DNA of 63,717 bases, filler included, from Basidiobolus ranarum (taxonomy: Eukaryota): NCBI GenBank assembly GCA_040143965.1. It is 19 parts of 19 records of this genome, joined end to end, with 100 filler letters (N's around TTAATTAATTAA, not from the genome) between each part and the next. Parts side by side here need not be neighbours in the genome. Positions count along the whole stretch, not along the records: positions 47,073 to 50,325 come from JASJQH010009489.1; positions 50,426 to 53,676 come from JASJQH010009490.1; positions 53,777 to 57,025 come from JASJQH010009491.1; positions 57,126 to 60,372 come from JASJQH010009492.1; positions 60,473 to 63,717 come from JASJQH010009493.1; 14 more parts are not named here. One strand, written 5' to 3'. Numbering within the stretch: the stretch's first letter is position 1; each line of letters opens with the position of its first letter. The notes below the pieces were generated by a model, which did not search any database, was not told where the DNA came from, and saw only the letters and a program-made list of their open reading frames with translations. The position numbers and the translations under genes were made by a program. Shown here piece by piece: positions 49,502 to 61,318 of this stretch.

Positions 49502-50425
49502 AGAATAGCTGTTATTCTCTCAAGATACCAGTTGTACATCCGTAACTACTGGCACTTCGTGAGCAAAAGTGCCACCTTGGAATAACTTAGCCCGTTCATA
49601 GAAGGTTCTTGCACCAATTGATCAGATTCGTGCGATATCGTTATTCCATCGTTCCAGGCCATCGGTCATATCTAGATCAACATCTGCAATCACAGATTCG
49701 AGTTGTCTTCAGCCACGATGATTTTATCCGAGGCTCTTTGTTCAGTCATTCCTCAATCATTCCTTAATGAATTAATTCCTCAGTCATTCCTTAATGATGT
49801 TACTACCAGAGAATCTCCTTTTTTGGTACTTGGATCGCTCAGCCCAAGGAAAAATAGTAATCGCATAAATAGTAATCGAATAAATAGTAATCGCGAGAGA
49901 ATGGAATCCAACCGAAGCCATTAACCTAAACCATTCCCCCATATCTTCCAAATCATGATCACCTATCACATACTAAACGAGGACCTGGCCTGAACCTGAA
50001 CCTGAGAATTGGTGAAATATGCATTGAAGAGGTACTTCTTATTTGGGATAGCCGGTAAAGGATACCCGGTGATCTATGAGGAGATGAAACATTTTATTGC
50101 ATGGATGGTCGGTCAACATGGACATGTGTTGGTCATTCATCTCTGGCTATTTCGATGTGAATGCATATCCCAAGCCATTGCAACGCTTCTTTGTATACCA
50201 TCATACAAGTTCGGACTATCTTGATTTATGCTATTCAATTAGACAGCCTCGTACTATCTTGATTTATGCTATTCAGTTAGACAGCCATTTATTTGTCCAA
50301 TTTAAACGATGCTTGTCTGTGAAAANNNNNNNNNNNNNNNNNNNNNNNNNNNNNNNNNNNNNNNNNNNNTTAATTAATTAANNNNNNNNNNNNNNNNNNN
50401 NNNNNNNNNNNNNNNNNNNNNNNNN

Positions 50426-51118
50426 GACGAAATTGTACTCATTAGTGGGCATATAGATTCATGGGATGTTGGTGTTGGTGCCTTGGATGATGGTGGTGGT
50501 GCTTTTACTAGCTGGGAAGCTCTTCGACTTATTTCTCAATTACCTACTCCACCGCGTAGAACTGGTAAGTACAATTCCCTTTTATATGAGGAAAGCATAG
50601 ATATTGACTTGAAATCACTAGTGAGAGTTGTCTTTTGGGTGGATGAAGAGTTTGGAGCAACTGGCGCACGTGCCTATTTTGAAAAATATAAAAATCAGGT
50701 TGGCAAGCATGTATTTGCGATGGAATCTGACTTGGGCAATTTTAAGCCCTGGGGAATCTCAGTACAAGATAACAGCAAAGCCCAGCATATTCTGAGTAAA
50801 ATTGGAGCCAAGTACCTCTCAAGCTTGTCTGCGGGAAATGTCGTGAATGGTGAGTCTGGAGAAGATGTAGATATCCTCTCCCGAGCTGGCGTACCTTGTG
50901 TTGGGTTCGTTACCTCTGATGGTAGAGCTAATTTCACCGCAGATGATGCCTTCAAAGATAAGTATTTCAATCATCATCACACTGCAGGTGACCGAATGGA
51001 GGCTTTAGATGCCTCACAATTGCCAGCAAATGCGGCAACCATGGCTATATGGGCTTATGTTATTGCTGAAATGAAAGAGACTCTACCAAGAACATCTGTT
51101 AAACCTTTGACACAATAG
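50426..51118 (+). CDS. M28 peptidase, carboxypeptidase Q-like, C-terminal part; intron 50565-50621
   Basis: GHIDSWDVGVGALDDGGG, PRRT/VRVVFWVDEEFG, AMESDLG, YFNHHHTAGD. Removing the 57-nt GTAAGT...CTAG intron restores RTVRVV. Confidence 0.92.
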   Translation, partial: DEIVLISGHIDSWDVGVGALDDGGGAFTSWEALRLISQLPTPPRRTGKYNSLLYEESIDIDLKSLVRVVFWVDEEFGATGARAYFEKYKNQVGKHVFAMESDLGNFKPWGISVQDNSKAQHILSKIGAKYLSSLSAGNVVNGESGEDVDILSRAGVPCVGFVTSDGRANFTADDAFKDKYFNHHHTAGDRMEALDASQLPANAATMAIWAYVIAEMKETLPRTSVKPLTQ

Positions 51119-51520
51119 GCCAGGTACTATTATTAACAATAGTGTAATTTGAAGCAATAAATGTCTCGATAGAATACATATACTATGTACTATATATCTC
51201 CTAATATATGGTGCTAACTGATGCAATTAAAATCAGACATTTTATTGCTTGTATAAAAGAATTACTACATTTGACTCCGGAAGCACTAATAAGATTTATA
51301 TTACGTTCTGTTTTACTGAAAACAGGTTGCGTAAAAAGGTAACATTTTAGTGGTAAATAGGATACATATGTATTTTTCTGGTCGATAAACTCATGGAATC
51401 TCTTACACCCCATTACAGAGACTCTTTTTGTCCTCCATCCAAAACTATTTGCCTCACTGGAGGTCATGGTGAGTAATTGGCATGAGGAGTCCATATTTAA
51501 TAGCCTGAGGATAGTATTAG

Positions 51521-52266
51521 GGTTAGGGGGATGAAAAGCACCATGTGATGTGGACTCTATATAACTTATATACTAATGTTAGGGGGATGAAAAGCACCAG
51601 AAGGTGTAATCTTTATTTAGCTCCAGTTAGATAACACAAATAAATACAGAAGCCAAAATAGAAATATGATTCATACAATAGTTAACTAAGACCTGTTAAT
51701 GCATCTGTCCAAACATCATTAAATATGATAAAAGTGTGGGGATGAAGCCCTTTTGCATGGGAAATGTAGAAGTCTTTTAAAAATTCAGTCTGAAGTGGAG
51801 AGGGAGTATTTTTTAGAAGTAAGTAAATCTTTCAAGCAGAGTGTCTCTTAAAGAAAAAGGGATATAAAGTGGTACATCAGCATTTTCTTGAAAGTATTGA
51901 TCAATTGGCTCTCATGAGAACCTATCATGTACCTTCTCAGAGAATTCTGTGGTAATGCTTTTTTCCAGTTTAATCTCAAGTGTATAGTTAATGAAGTACC
52001 TCACATTGACAATCTTAGTAATATCCACATCTTCTTTTCTAAGATACCTTTGATTCACTGAAATAGGCTAATATCCCACATTTGCAAAGTAGTAGACAGT
52101 CCATTTAGTAGTAACAAGAGTATTAGCTCTAGGGAATAGATGTTGTGGTAGGGATCAGGGAGGGTAAGGATGAAAAGAGGGGGTCTGGGAGACATAGTCC
52201 TTCAATTATAAAAAGAAAGCAGGGGGTATATGGGATGTAATCCCCCATAAACACCCCTCCCTCACA
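51521..52266 (+). repeat. Unclassified TG...CA-bounded repeat (LTR-like)
   Basis: TGTTAGGGGGATG at 51577 (partial duplicate at 51521) to CACCCCTCCCTCACA at 52266. End blocks shared with 32994-33551. Confidence 0.5.
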
Positions 52267-52656
52267 ATATACACAAGTTATTTGTTGATTGAAGAATTGG
52301 GCTTGCCCAAATTTTCCAAAGGTCAGAGTTCTGGCCTTTGACTCTTGTAAGTAAGAGACAGTGCTTATGATACTATGGCGAAGTCATTGCCTACTTTTGT
52401 AGTTTTTTTTTTAAAATCCAAATTTCTCATTATTTTTGTCTTTATAAATTTTCTGTATATATCTAGCTTATAAGCATGTTATGAGCCACACCTGTACAAA
52501 TAAACATTTGTACTCAGTGTTAAAGCTTAGATTTCAAGTTTACAGTTGGCTAAATAAACACATCCTTAATAAAATACACAAAAGCCTTGAATATGTCAAT
52601 TTATTATTAAATGACTTCTTTACTTTGTTGATAGATTTTGAGTATTAGATGGTAAT

Positions 52657-53003
52657 TGTCAGAGTATTTGGGAGCCTGTTGGAAGTGGTTTTGAGAATTT
52701 GAGAAATTGGTGGTTTCACTTATTACTTTATTGAGTAGAAAGTTCACATTTATAATTTTGCAAAATAGAAACAAGCTAGGGTGTATAATGTGTTAAAGAT
52801 GGTCCCAGGAACATGTTCTCAAAGTTTGGGGCTTCTATTGCCAGCTTAAAAAATCCAAATATCTGAGAACTTCAAAGTTTGTAAAAATATTCCAAGTAAA
52901 TTGCAATTGAGAATAATGGGTAGTATTTTTGTAAAAGTGTAAGGTAACAAAATACTAAGCTATATATGACTATACGGATGTTAAGGCAATGCTGATTTCA
53001 ATA
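52657..53003 (-). repeat. Copia family B solo LTR
   Basis: Full-length LTR-B flanked by GTAAT / GTAAC (5-bp TSD, one mismatch). Confidence 0.85.
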
Positions 53004-53776
53004 GTAACAATATATTTATCAAGAAGTAAATAGGGAATCATGTAGAAATTGTCAATAACACAATTATTGCACAAGTCTCAGATACAGCAACTATTAAATG
53101 GCAGATTGCTCATTTTTTGCAACAATTCTTCCTGTATAAGTATTTACATATCATTTGCATAGTTCTAAATATGTACATCTATATACAAACTGCAAAATAG
53201 TTAGTGAAAGTAACTTTCAGGCTAGCTAAACCACACAGCACAAGGGTGCTATAAATTTTAAAGTGGTGTGATATGTGATGTGTTGGTAAATACAATATTG
53301 CAACTTACACAAATAAAAGAAACATGTACAATCAAACTCACTTAATTTATAGAAACCTTTTTGCTTTCAAATTGCATAGTATTTGTAACATGCCTTATAT
53401 CTTACTCCTGATTTTATAGGGACTACACTGATTGTAGCTCATTCAATGTGTGCTACAAATATATGAATTTGTACTTCTATTTCTGTTTATCAAAAGTGTA
53501 TCAAGGAACCCAAAGAGACTTTAAACAAGTAGTAATTGAGGAAAAGAATGCCAATAGACAGGTTGAATGGGTGGCCAAAAAGATTGGTCACCTTGTATTA
53601 TGCTGTGTGCCTGAATCCATGCTTTTGGGTGAGAGGATCATAGAAATACCACTCATTAGGCAACTTATTATAGTATNNNNNNNNNNNNNNNNNNNNNNNN
53701 NNNNNNNNNNNNNNNNNNNNTTAATTAATTAANNNNNNNNNNNNNNNNNNNNNNNNNNNNNNNNNNNNNNNNNNNN

Positions 53777-56505
53777 TGTAGAGTATTTTGCAGTGTCTGC
53801 AAACTTTTCTAGGGTTTTCTGGGTACATATATCGATCTGGCTGGTCCATATAGATCTCCTCAGCAAGCTCACCATTTAAAAAAGCAGCTTTAGCTTCCAT
53901 TCCATGTGTGATGTATTAATATTTAGCTGAAATTTGTAATATCAATTTAACAAATTATACTTTGCTATAGGAGTAAAAGTTTTGGTATAATCTATTCTTG
54001 GTGTTTGAGAGCAGCCTTTGGCTACTAGTCTAGCATTGTGCCTTTCTATATTGCCATAAAAGTTGTATTTAACTTTAAACACCCAGTGGCAGCCAACTGA
54101 TTTTTTATCATCAGGTAAGTTGGTTAAAATACAAGTGTGATTATCAATCAAAGCCTGGTACTCATTAGCCATTGCAGAACTCCAAAACTTGGCATGAGGG
54201 CCATTCAGGGCCCCTTTTACAGTCTGGGGCTGATGTATTTGTGCTGTGCAGGCATAGGCCCATTTTTGGGACTCATTGATGTAATAATTAGGGCTATTTC
54301 TGTTTCTGTATTATCTCCTGGTTTGGGATAAAGGTACTACAACTTCTGGCATTGTACTGGGCCCTCCAGTAGGTAAAATATTGGTTAAAGTGTCCACAGG
54401 AATTCTATTTTCTTCATTTTCTTGTTTTGAATCAATTTTGATGATTGGATCTGGTGCTAATTGATTTTGGTCATCATCTGAGGTCATTTTAGGTGACAAT
54501 TTTTCATTTTCATTAAACAAAATATCCCTGGGCTTGATTAACTGGGAAAATTTGGTATCATAGAGTCTGTTGACCTTAGTTTGTGTACATTAACCCAGAA
54601 ATAGGCATTTCTTACTTTTTGGATCAAATTTAGAACAATTTTTGGTCATAATTTTTAAATAACCAATGCATCCAAAAATCTTCAAATGTTTTACATCAGG
54701 TTTAACTCCAAACCAAGCTTGATATGGTGTCAAGTTAGAAAGACTTCTAGTAAAACTCCTATTCTTCAGATATATAGCTGTAGCAACAGATTCTGCCCAA
54801 AAGTAATGAAATAAATTTTGCTCATTTATCATAGAATTTTCCTCTTTTATTATAGTCCTACTAGCTCATTCAGCTACTCCATTTTGTTGAGGTGAATAGG
54901 GGGCTCTAGTTTCTTGCTTAATTCCATGAACTTTGCAAAAGTGCTTAAATAGAGTTGAAGTATATTTTTCACCATTATCACTACTTGTTTTCTTGGTTTT
55001 AGTTCCAATTTCAGTCTCCATAAGTGTTTTATAGTATCTAAAGACAGAGAGAGCAACTTCTTTTCTTTCCATAAAGTAGACCAAAGTGTATCTTGTATAA
55101 TCGTCAACAAATGCGATTAAATATCTTTTTCTGACCAGAGATGAATTTTGCATAAGTGTAAACAAATATGAATGATCCAGTTTTTTACAGATCTGAGTAA
55201 ACCAGAGCTCTTGAATAGTTGCCTGGCTTTTTTTCCATATATACAACCCTCACAAACTTTCATTCTGGTTGGAGGGTTAATTTGAATTCCTGAAATTCGG
55301 TATTTTTGATCATTTTGTTCAAATAGTCAAATCCAATATGGCCAAATCTCTTGCACCATAATAGAATAGTTTCTTGATTGGAGTAATGTATAGTTACACA
55401 TAAACCACTTGGATTATATATAAGTTTGTATAAGCTCAGATCCTTTTCTCCCAAAGCTAAATAATTCCTATTTTGATCAGTAATGGTGCATCCCAACCTA
55501 TCAAAATTGAATTTTAGCCCTTCTGAGGTGGCTTTGCATAAAGATATTAAATTCTTCGCAATGTCTGGAACATGTAGTATATCCTTAAAATTATATAATT
55601 TCTCTTCAGAAGCTCCAACTAAATTGACTTGAATTGTTCCATTCCAATGGCATGCAATGTGTAGTCATCACCTATGAAAACCTTTCTAATTAGGATTTCT
55701 TCATAATCCACAAGCTCATGTTTTTCATTTGTGAAATGTTGGGAGGCTCCAGAATCAATATAACATGGCTGAGAATCCTTGTTGGTAGTCATAGATAGAG
55801 CTGATATGAATAAGTGATTGTCTGTTGTACCTACATTTCCAGATTCTGTATGTTTTTCTTCTTGTGCAATTCTTTTAATGCAATCTTTGCTTAAATGGCC
55901 AGTTCTTTTACAGTGGACTTGTTCTCTGTGATAGTGCCGGATTGTACTGTATATATCATATTGGTTAAAGTATTCTAAAATTTATGCGGTACAATTTGGC
56001 AATATCCATCACCCTCTGGCATGATCAATTTCAATCACATTTACTTTGATATATTGATTCCAGGTCTGATAAATCCTGGCACAATGCAACAAGTCCAATA
56101 ATCACAGAATGTGTTACTTTTATTCTTAAAGTGCCTTTGACCTTTATAGGAAGGTTTCCCATAGCCTATTGAAGCATTTTCTTCATTCTTTTGGTTGGAT
56201 CCCAATTTGTGTAAATATTCATCCGGAAGTTGGCCAAATACCTAATATCAGGTCAAATCTTCAGTTCTTAATTTTAGAGCCATTACTAGGCTCTGAAACT
56301 TATGTGTCAGGCTATTCAGGACTGTAACCATGATATCTTGGTCAGTGGTAGTTACTCCAATGAATTCCATTTCATCCACATAAATAGTGAGGCTATTAAT
56401 CAATGAATTAATATCTTCTTCTGACTTCATCTTTAAGTTAAACATTTTTGGCAGGTGTGTTCCAAGGCTTTCAATAACTTGTTGGCAGTTTGAGCTCTTG
56501 AACAT
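53777..56505 (-). mobile_element. Copia gag-protease-integrase-RT pseudogene
   Basis: Copia domain order: gag, CCHC knuckle, YIDSGASQHF, FVDDYTR...PYSPQQNGVAE, FWAESV.TAIY..NR, VGCHWVFKVK. Confidence 0.93.
55915..56096. mobile_element. MITE-1 copy inserted in gag zinc knuckle
   Basis: agt|GGACTTGTTCTCTGTG...CACAATGCAACAAGTCC|aat. Excision restores CDYCKRTGHLSKDC. Confidence 0.88.
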
Positions 56506-56524
56506 TGAATTAGCAGTTTGTCTG

Positions 56525-57025
56525 AAACATTGGAGAATCAGAGAATTAGGTGCTTTTCACTAATTGATCTATTGAGTAGAAGGTTGAAGTTTGAAAATTT
56601 GTCAAGATGTAAACAAACTAACACATAAAATGTGTCAAGGAAGATTGCAGGAGCATGTGTGCAAAGTTTGGGGTTTCTAGCACAAGTGTGAAAAGTTTAA
56701 ATATCTGACAACTTTTAAGTTAGCAAAAATATTAGTCCATTATTGGTATTTAGCCTTTATGTGCTTTAACATCTATATACTTTTAAACCCTATGAAAAAT
56801 ATGGGAATGAATACAAGAGGAAAACCAGAAAAAACACATATATAGGGCTAGGAATACCATAAGAAAATGGAAGAAAAAAAGACTGGTAGAAAAACCAGAT
56901 GAATATTGTTGCGATACCTGTTAAAGTATTTGGGAGCCTGTTGGAAGTGGTTTGGAGAATTAGAGGAATTGGTGGTTTTCACTTATTGATTTATTGAGTA
57001 GAAAGTTGACATTTATAGTTTTGTC
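56525..57025 (-). repeat. Two copia family B LTR fragments separated by MITE-3 (56788-56918)
   Basis: Similarity to LTR-B. The second fragment begins TGTTAAAGTATTTGGG at 56919. Confidence 0.75.
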
Positions 57026-57669
57026 NNNNNNNNNNNNNNNNNNNNNNNNNNNNNNNNNNNNNNNNNNNNTTAATTAATTAANNNNNNNNNNNNNNNNNNN
57101 NNNNNNNNNNNNNNNNNNNNNNNNNATTACGTAGCTTCTGGAGCTAAGCAAAATAACTTGTATAAACTTCATTATATTAGGCCAATATATGAACAAGGTA
57201 ACTCCTTGGTATCTTGACTTTTGACAGTGTTACCAAGATTTTGAGGCAAACTACAGTCAGTGGACTCTGTGTGCAAAACTAAAGTTGATTTTGTACACTA
57301 CTTGCTGATGATATTCACCAGGTTTTGTCCAGCTGGTAGCTTTGTACAGTGACCATGCATAGGATTATTTTTTCTATGCGGCCTCAGCTTACAAAGCAAA
57401 AGAATTTGAGACAATAGTAGCAGGGCTCCTTTAAGTGTTTGTGTTGTGGCATGAGGAACATGTTATGAAAAAAGAACACCTACCATGTGAGGGTGGTATT
57501 TTAGATTTAGCCCTTGAATATCAACAGCTGATTCTGAGATGGTGTCACAGATGAGTCATCTGGGGATTTACAAGATATTTCTGGTAATGGATGGCAATTT
57601 TGGTTTATCATGAGCTGTTTCTAAGCATTTCCATTACACCAAGTATACCATCTGAAAATTTCAATGCCA

Positions 57670-59060
57670 TTCAAAAAGCACTCAAAATCTGAATTAAAAT
57701 TGGCTTCCAAGCCAAAGCCCATTGGCACAAAATAAAAAAACCAGAAACAACAGAGGACTTAATTGATGAGCAGTCTAGCAATTCACTATCCACTTTGAAA
57801 GGTATTAACAAGCTGGAAACTAACTCAAGTAATGATAAAGCATTAATTAATCTACCAGATGTGCTGCTTTCCAGCAAAAGTGCTAGTGAAGAGATTGTTA
57901 TCCCCCAATTATGTAGTAAATCAATAGTTGAGCAAAGTTCAACCAAAACATTGTCAAAGCCATCAACTTCCAAAATGGCTACTTTGCCCACTATTGAACA
58001 ACTCTCTGCAGAAACTTTGGATAGAATTATTACAACAAGGCAATTGCTGGCAGAATACCAAATAATCTGTAAGCAATCATTAGTAAAAACTATGAAGTGG
58101 CTATACAGGCCATCACAAGTCATAATGCTACAATATTGCAATTATTGCAGCATTTGGAAGCAACTAGTCAACAGTTACAGAGTCTCTCAACAATGATACA
58201 AGACCTCCAGAATGCTGCACCTGAGCTACAGCAGCATGTTGCTCCCTCCGTCCATTTGCATATGGGATTTCAATCAATCCCACACCATACTTATGAGCAT
58301 CACCATGACAATTTAGCTGAGCAGAATATGTTTCAGACCATTAAGCCTACACAACAACCTGAAATTGCTTGGGCACATCAAAGTAGAAATCTCATAGGAA
58401 AACCAGCAAACCAACAGACTCTGAATGTCAGAGCTGCCATCACTTGCTCTGATGATGAGTGGTTTAACATGTTGGAAACTGTGCAAAATCTTGCTCAAAA
58501 TCACCTGGACTTGAGCCAATCATGGAAAAGCCAAAAACCAGGCATTACTCTGAAGATTCTTGACTTATTTCATGTGCCCTAACCTGGGTACTTGCAAGCA
58601 AATGGCAATTGGGCAAATATAGACGTATTCATGAAACATATCAAAAATGTACACAATTATCAACTTGGAAAACAAAGAAAAGCAGCTAAAGTAGTACTCA
58701 AAGAGCAGGAAAATTGGAAACCCAAGGGAAAAGCAAAGGAGCAAGTGAGTTTAGGTGCTACTGTTCCACTTACCAAATTCTTCACACCATTTCAAAGATC
58801 TGCATTTCTTGAGTCAGATATACTGCCAAAAACCTTAATTTCACCATGAAACCTGGTACACCAGTTGGATGAGTGCTAAATTTGGAAGTTTATCCAACAC
58901 CTGGCACCTCTCAACAAGCAAAAACACCAGCAAATAAAACTCATGGCTCTCTAACCTCAACTGGTATTTTCCAAAGTGTTGAAATTAGCCCCAAAGTTAA
59001 AGACAAGCAAGAATTTGTACAAACAATGCAGAGCACCCTCAGTAGTGTCACACTACAAGG
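57670..59060 (+). pseudogene. ORF-X, accessory gene of the CACTA-like element (best-preserved copy)
   Basis: Overlapping ORF fragments 57795-59088 are colinear with 200-1580. Confidence 0.75.
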
Positions 59061-59139
59061 ATATATGTTTTTGAGGATCTTGACATAATGGAGGTAGACT
59101 TTGAGTATTAGATGCAACTTATAATAGTGTATTTTAGTT

Positions 59140-60022
59140 ACTTCATTCTTATGAGTATATGGTGACTTTTTTGGTAGAAAAGAAAATCAAATATTTGAGA
59201 TATTCAGGAGTTTGTGTAACAAGATATAATCAATAAGTGGGGGGTAATAAGACATACTTACTATATAGATATAGAGAAATATCTATTTAGAGTATAGGGG
59301 CTATAGATACATTGCTTTCAGTATTTGATATATGAATCATAATTAAAAATAGCTAAGCTGTTTAATAAAGATTAATTATTAAACTTCTTCCCTTAATTCT
59401 TATTCAGCATTGTGCTTATATTCACTAATGCCTATTCCTGCTCTTAACTTCTCAAAGTTTGAAGTTTTGAGTAGTTTTGTTAGTATATCAGCAAGAATGT
59501 TTTCAGTTTTACCATAAATAAAGTTCACTTCTTTGGCTTGAACTCTCTCCTGTACAAAATGATGTCTTACGTCAATATATTTCATCCTTGAGTAATGCTC
59601 AGGATTTTTGCTGATCTGAAAATAACTAATGTTATCTTGATATATTGGGGTAGGATTAACTTGATCATTTCCTAGTTCCTTGAGAAGGCTCCTCAGCTAT
59701 GTAGCTTCTTGAACAGCCATAGAGCCTGTCATATATTCTGCTTTGGCAGTTGATCATGCAACAGTTTGTTGTTTCTTGCTAATCCAGCTTATTGCCTACC
59801 TGCTAGCTTAAATACATATCCAGTTTTGGACTTACAGTCTTTTGTATTGTTAGCCCAGTCTCCATTATCATATTGTTCCAAAGTAAGTGACATGTTGTAC
59901 TGCTTATTAAACTGAATTTGATGATTAGTTTTCCTTTCAGATAGCATATTATCTGTTTCACAGCTATCCAATATTTTATTGCAGGACTTTCCATATATTT
60001 GCTTACTATGCTTACTGCTGTA
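59140..60022 (-). mobile_element. Copia family C RNase H, PPT and 3' LTR
   Basis: KYIDVRHHFVQE...ILADILTK, GDWA...KSKTGYVF. PPT AAGGGAAGA, then LTR-C from about 59385. Confidence 0.85.
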
Positions 60023-60372
60023 CCCTAACAGAAATTTGAGGATTGTTATCGTAGGAAAACCGTCACAATTTTAATCCATTTGGGGTTGACCGTTTACTTA
60101 CCGTCATAAAAACGTCAAGTTAGATTTGATTTTAATCAATTTTTTCAGTTTCAGGAGTGAAATTTCAAGATCTCGCAAAATAGTTGCAAATGATTGGCTA
60201 AAATCTCAGAGAACTATGGATCAACACATGTGCGAAAAACGTAACTCAAATTTTACACAATTACCACTTGAACGCTAATTTGTCACCTTCGAAATCCCTA
60301 GTCTCTTTGATATATTCTCCTGAATATTTTTATAGAGTTCTTCATACCCAAGGTTTAGCTCATACCCAACAC
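60023..60372 (+). mobile_element. CACTA-like terminus A (youngest, CpG-intact copy)
   Basis: CCCTAACAGAAATTTGAGG start with repeated CCGTCA subterminal motifs. Interrupts copia pol. Confidence 0.9.
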
Positions 60373-60472
60373 NNNNNNNNNNNNNNNNNNNNNNNNNNNN
60401 NNNNNNNNNNNNNNNNTTAATTAATTAANNNNNNNNNNNNNNNNNNNNNNNNNNNNNNNNNNNNNNNNNNNN

Positions 60473-61123
60473 TAAGTAAATTCCGATTGAGAATAATTGA
60501 TAATATCTTAGTGAATTATAAGATAACTAAGTACTAAGCTATATATGACTATATAGGTGTTTAGGCAATGCTAATTTCAACACATATAACTGCTATCCTT
60601 GAATAGTGACTTTTACCTTTTTGATATCTACATAGAACTTTACTGTTAAGCTTTGCTAAAATTAGCATAGCCTACACATCTATATAGTTGTATATGTTAA
60701 AGTATTTTGGGAGCCTGTTGGAAGTAGTTTTGAGAATCAGAGAAATTGGTGGTTTTCTCTTGTTGACATATTGAGTTGAGTGTTGACATTCATAGTTTTG
60801 TCAAGATGTAAGCAAACTAATATGTAGAATGTGTAAAGGAAGGTCCCAAGAACATGTGTGCAAAGTTTGGGATTCTTTGAAAAATTTATGTATCTGAGAA
60901 CTTTTAAGTAAGTTCCAATATCATTTAATAGGCAATATCTTAGTTCAATATAGGATAACTAAATACTAAGCTATATATGATTATATAGGTGTTTAGGCAA
61001 TGCTAATTTTAACAAGAACTCCTAAGTGAATTCTTGTTGAGGTAATATCTTATTTCAAAATGTAATAACTAAATGCTAAGCTATATATGACTTTACTGAT
61101 GTTGGGGCTATACTAGTTTCAAC
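60473..61123 (-). repeat. Stack of copia family B LTR pieces
   Basis: LTR 5' ends on the minus strand at about 60582, 61014 and 61123, a near-complete LTR at 60695-61014, and a plus-strand start at about 60651-60694. Confidence 0.8.
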
Positions 61124-61318
61124 AGTGATATATGTGTTCTGGTGACAACTTTTCAGCACTTAGCTATAGATGGAGGGATATATATATCAAGCACGGTCAA
61201 AATGGAGTAAATCCAATTCCACAACTGATTTACTCCTGAAAATGCCATTTTCTCTGGGATAATATATATGGTGCAAAAGGTAAACCAGGACAGACTACTA
61301 TACCCAATTACTAAACTG

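Noticed and set aside
10111-51118. Apparent defence or secretion gene cluster (ABC transporter, LPMO, catalase, CHAP, peptidase)
   Set aside because: The genes sit on different concatenated contigs. Only DUF202, LPMO and catalase are truly linked.
3272-60472. Regularly spaced TTAATTAATTAA palindromes every 3.35 kb or so
   Set aside because: Artificial all-frame-stop linkers inside N runs. The periodicity reflects length-sorted contigs, not biology.
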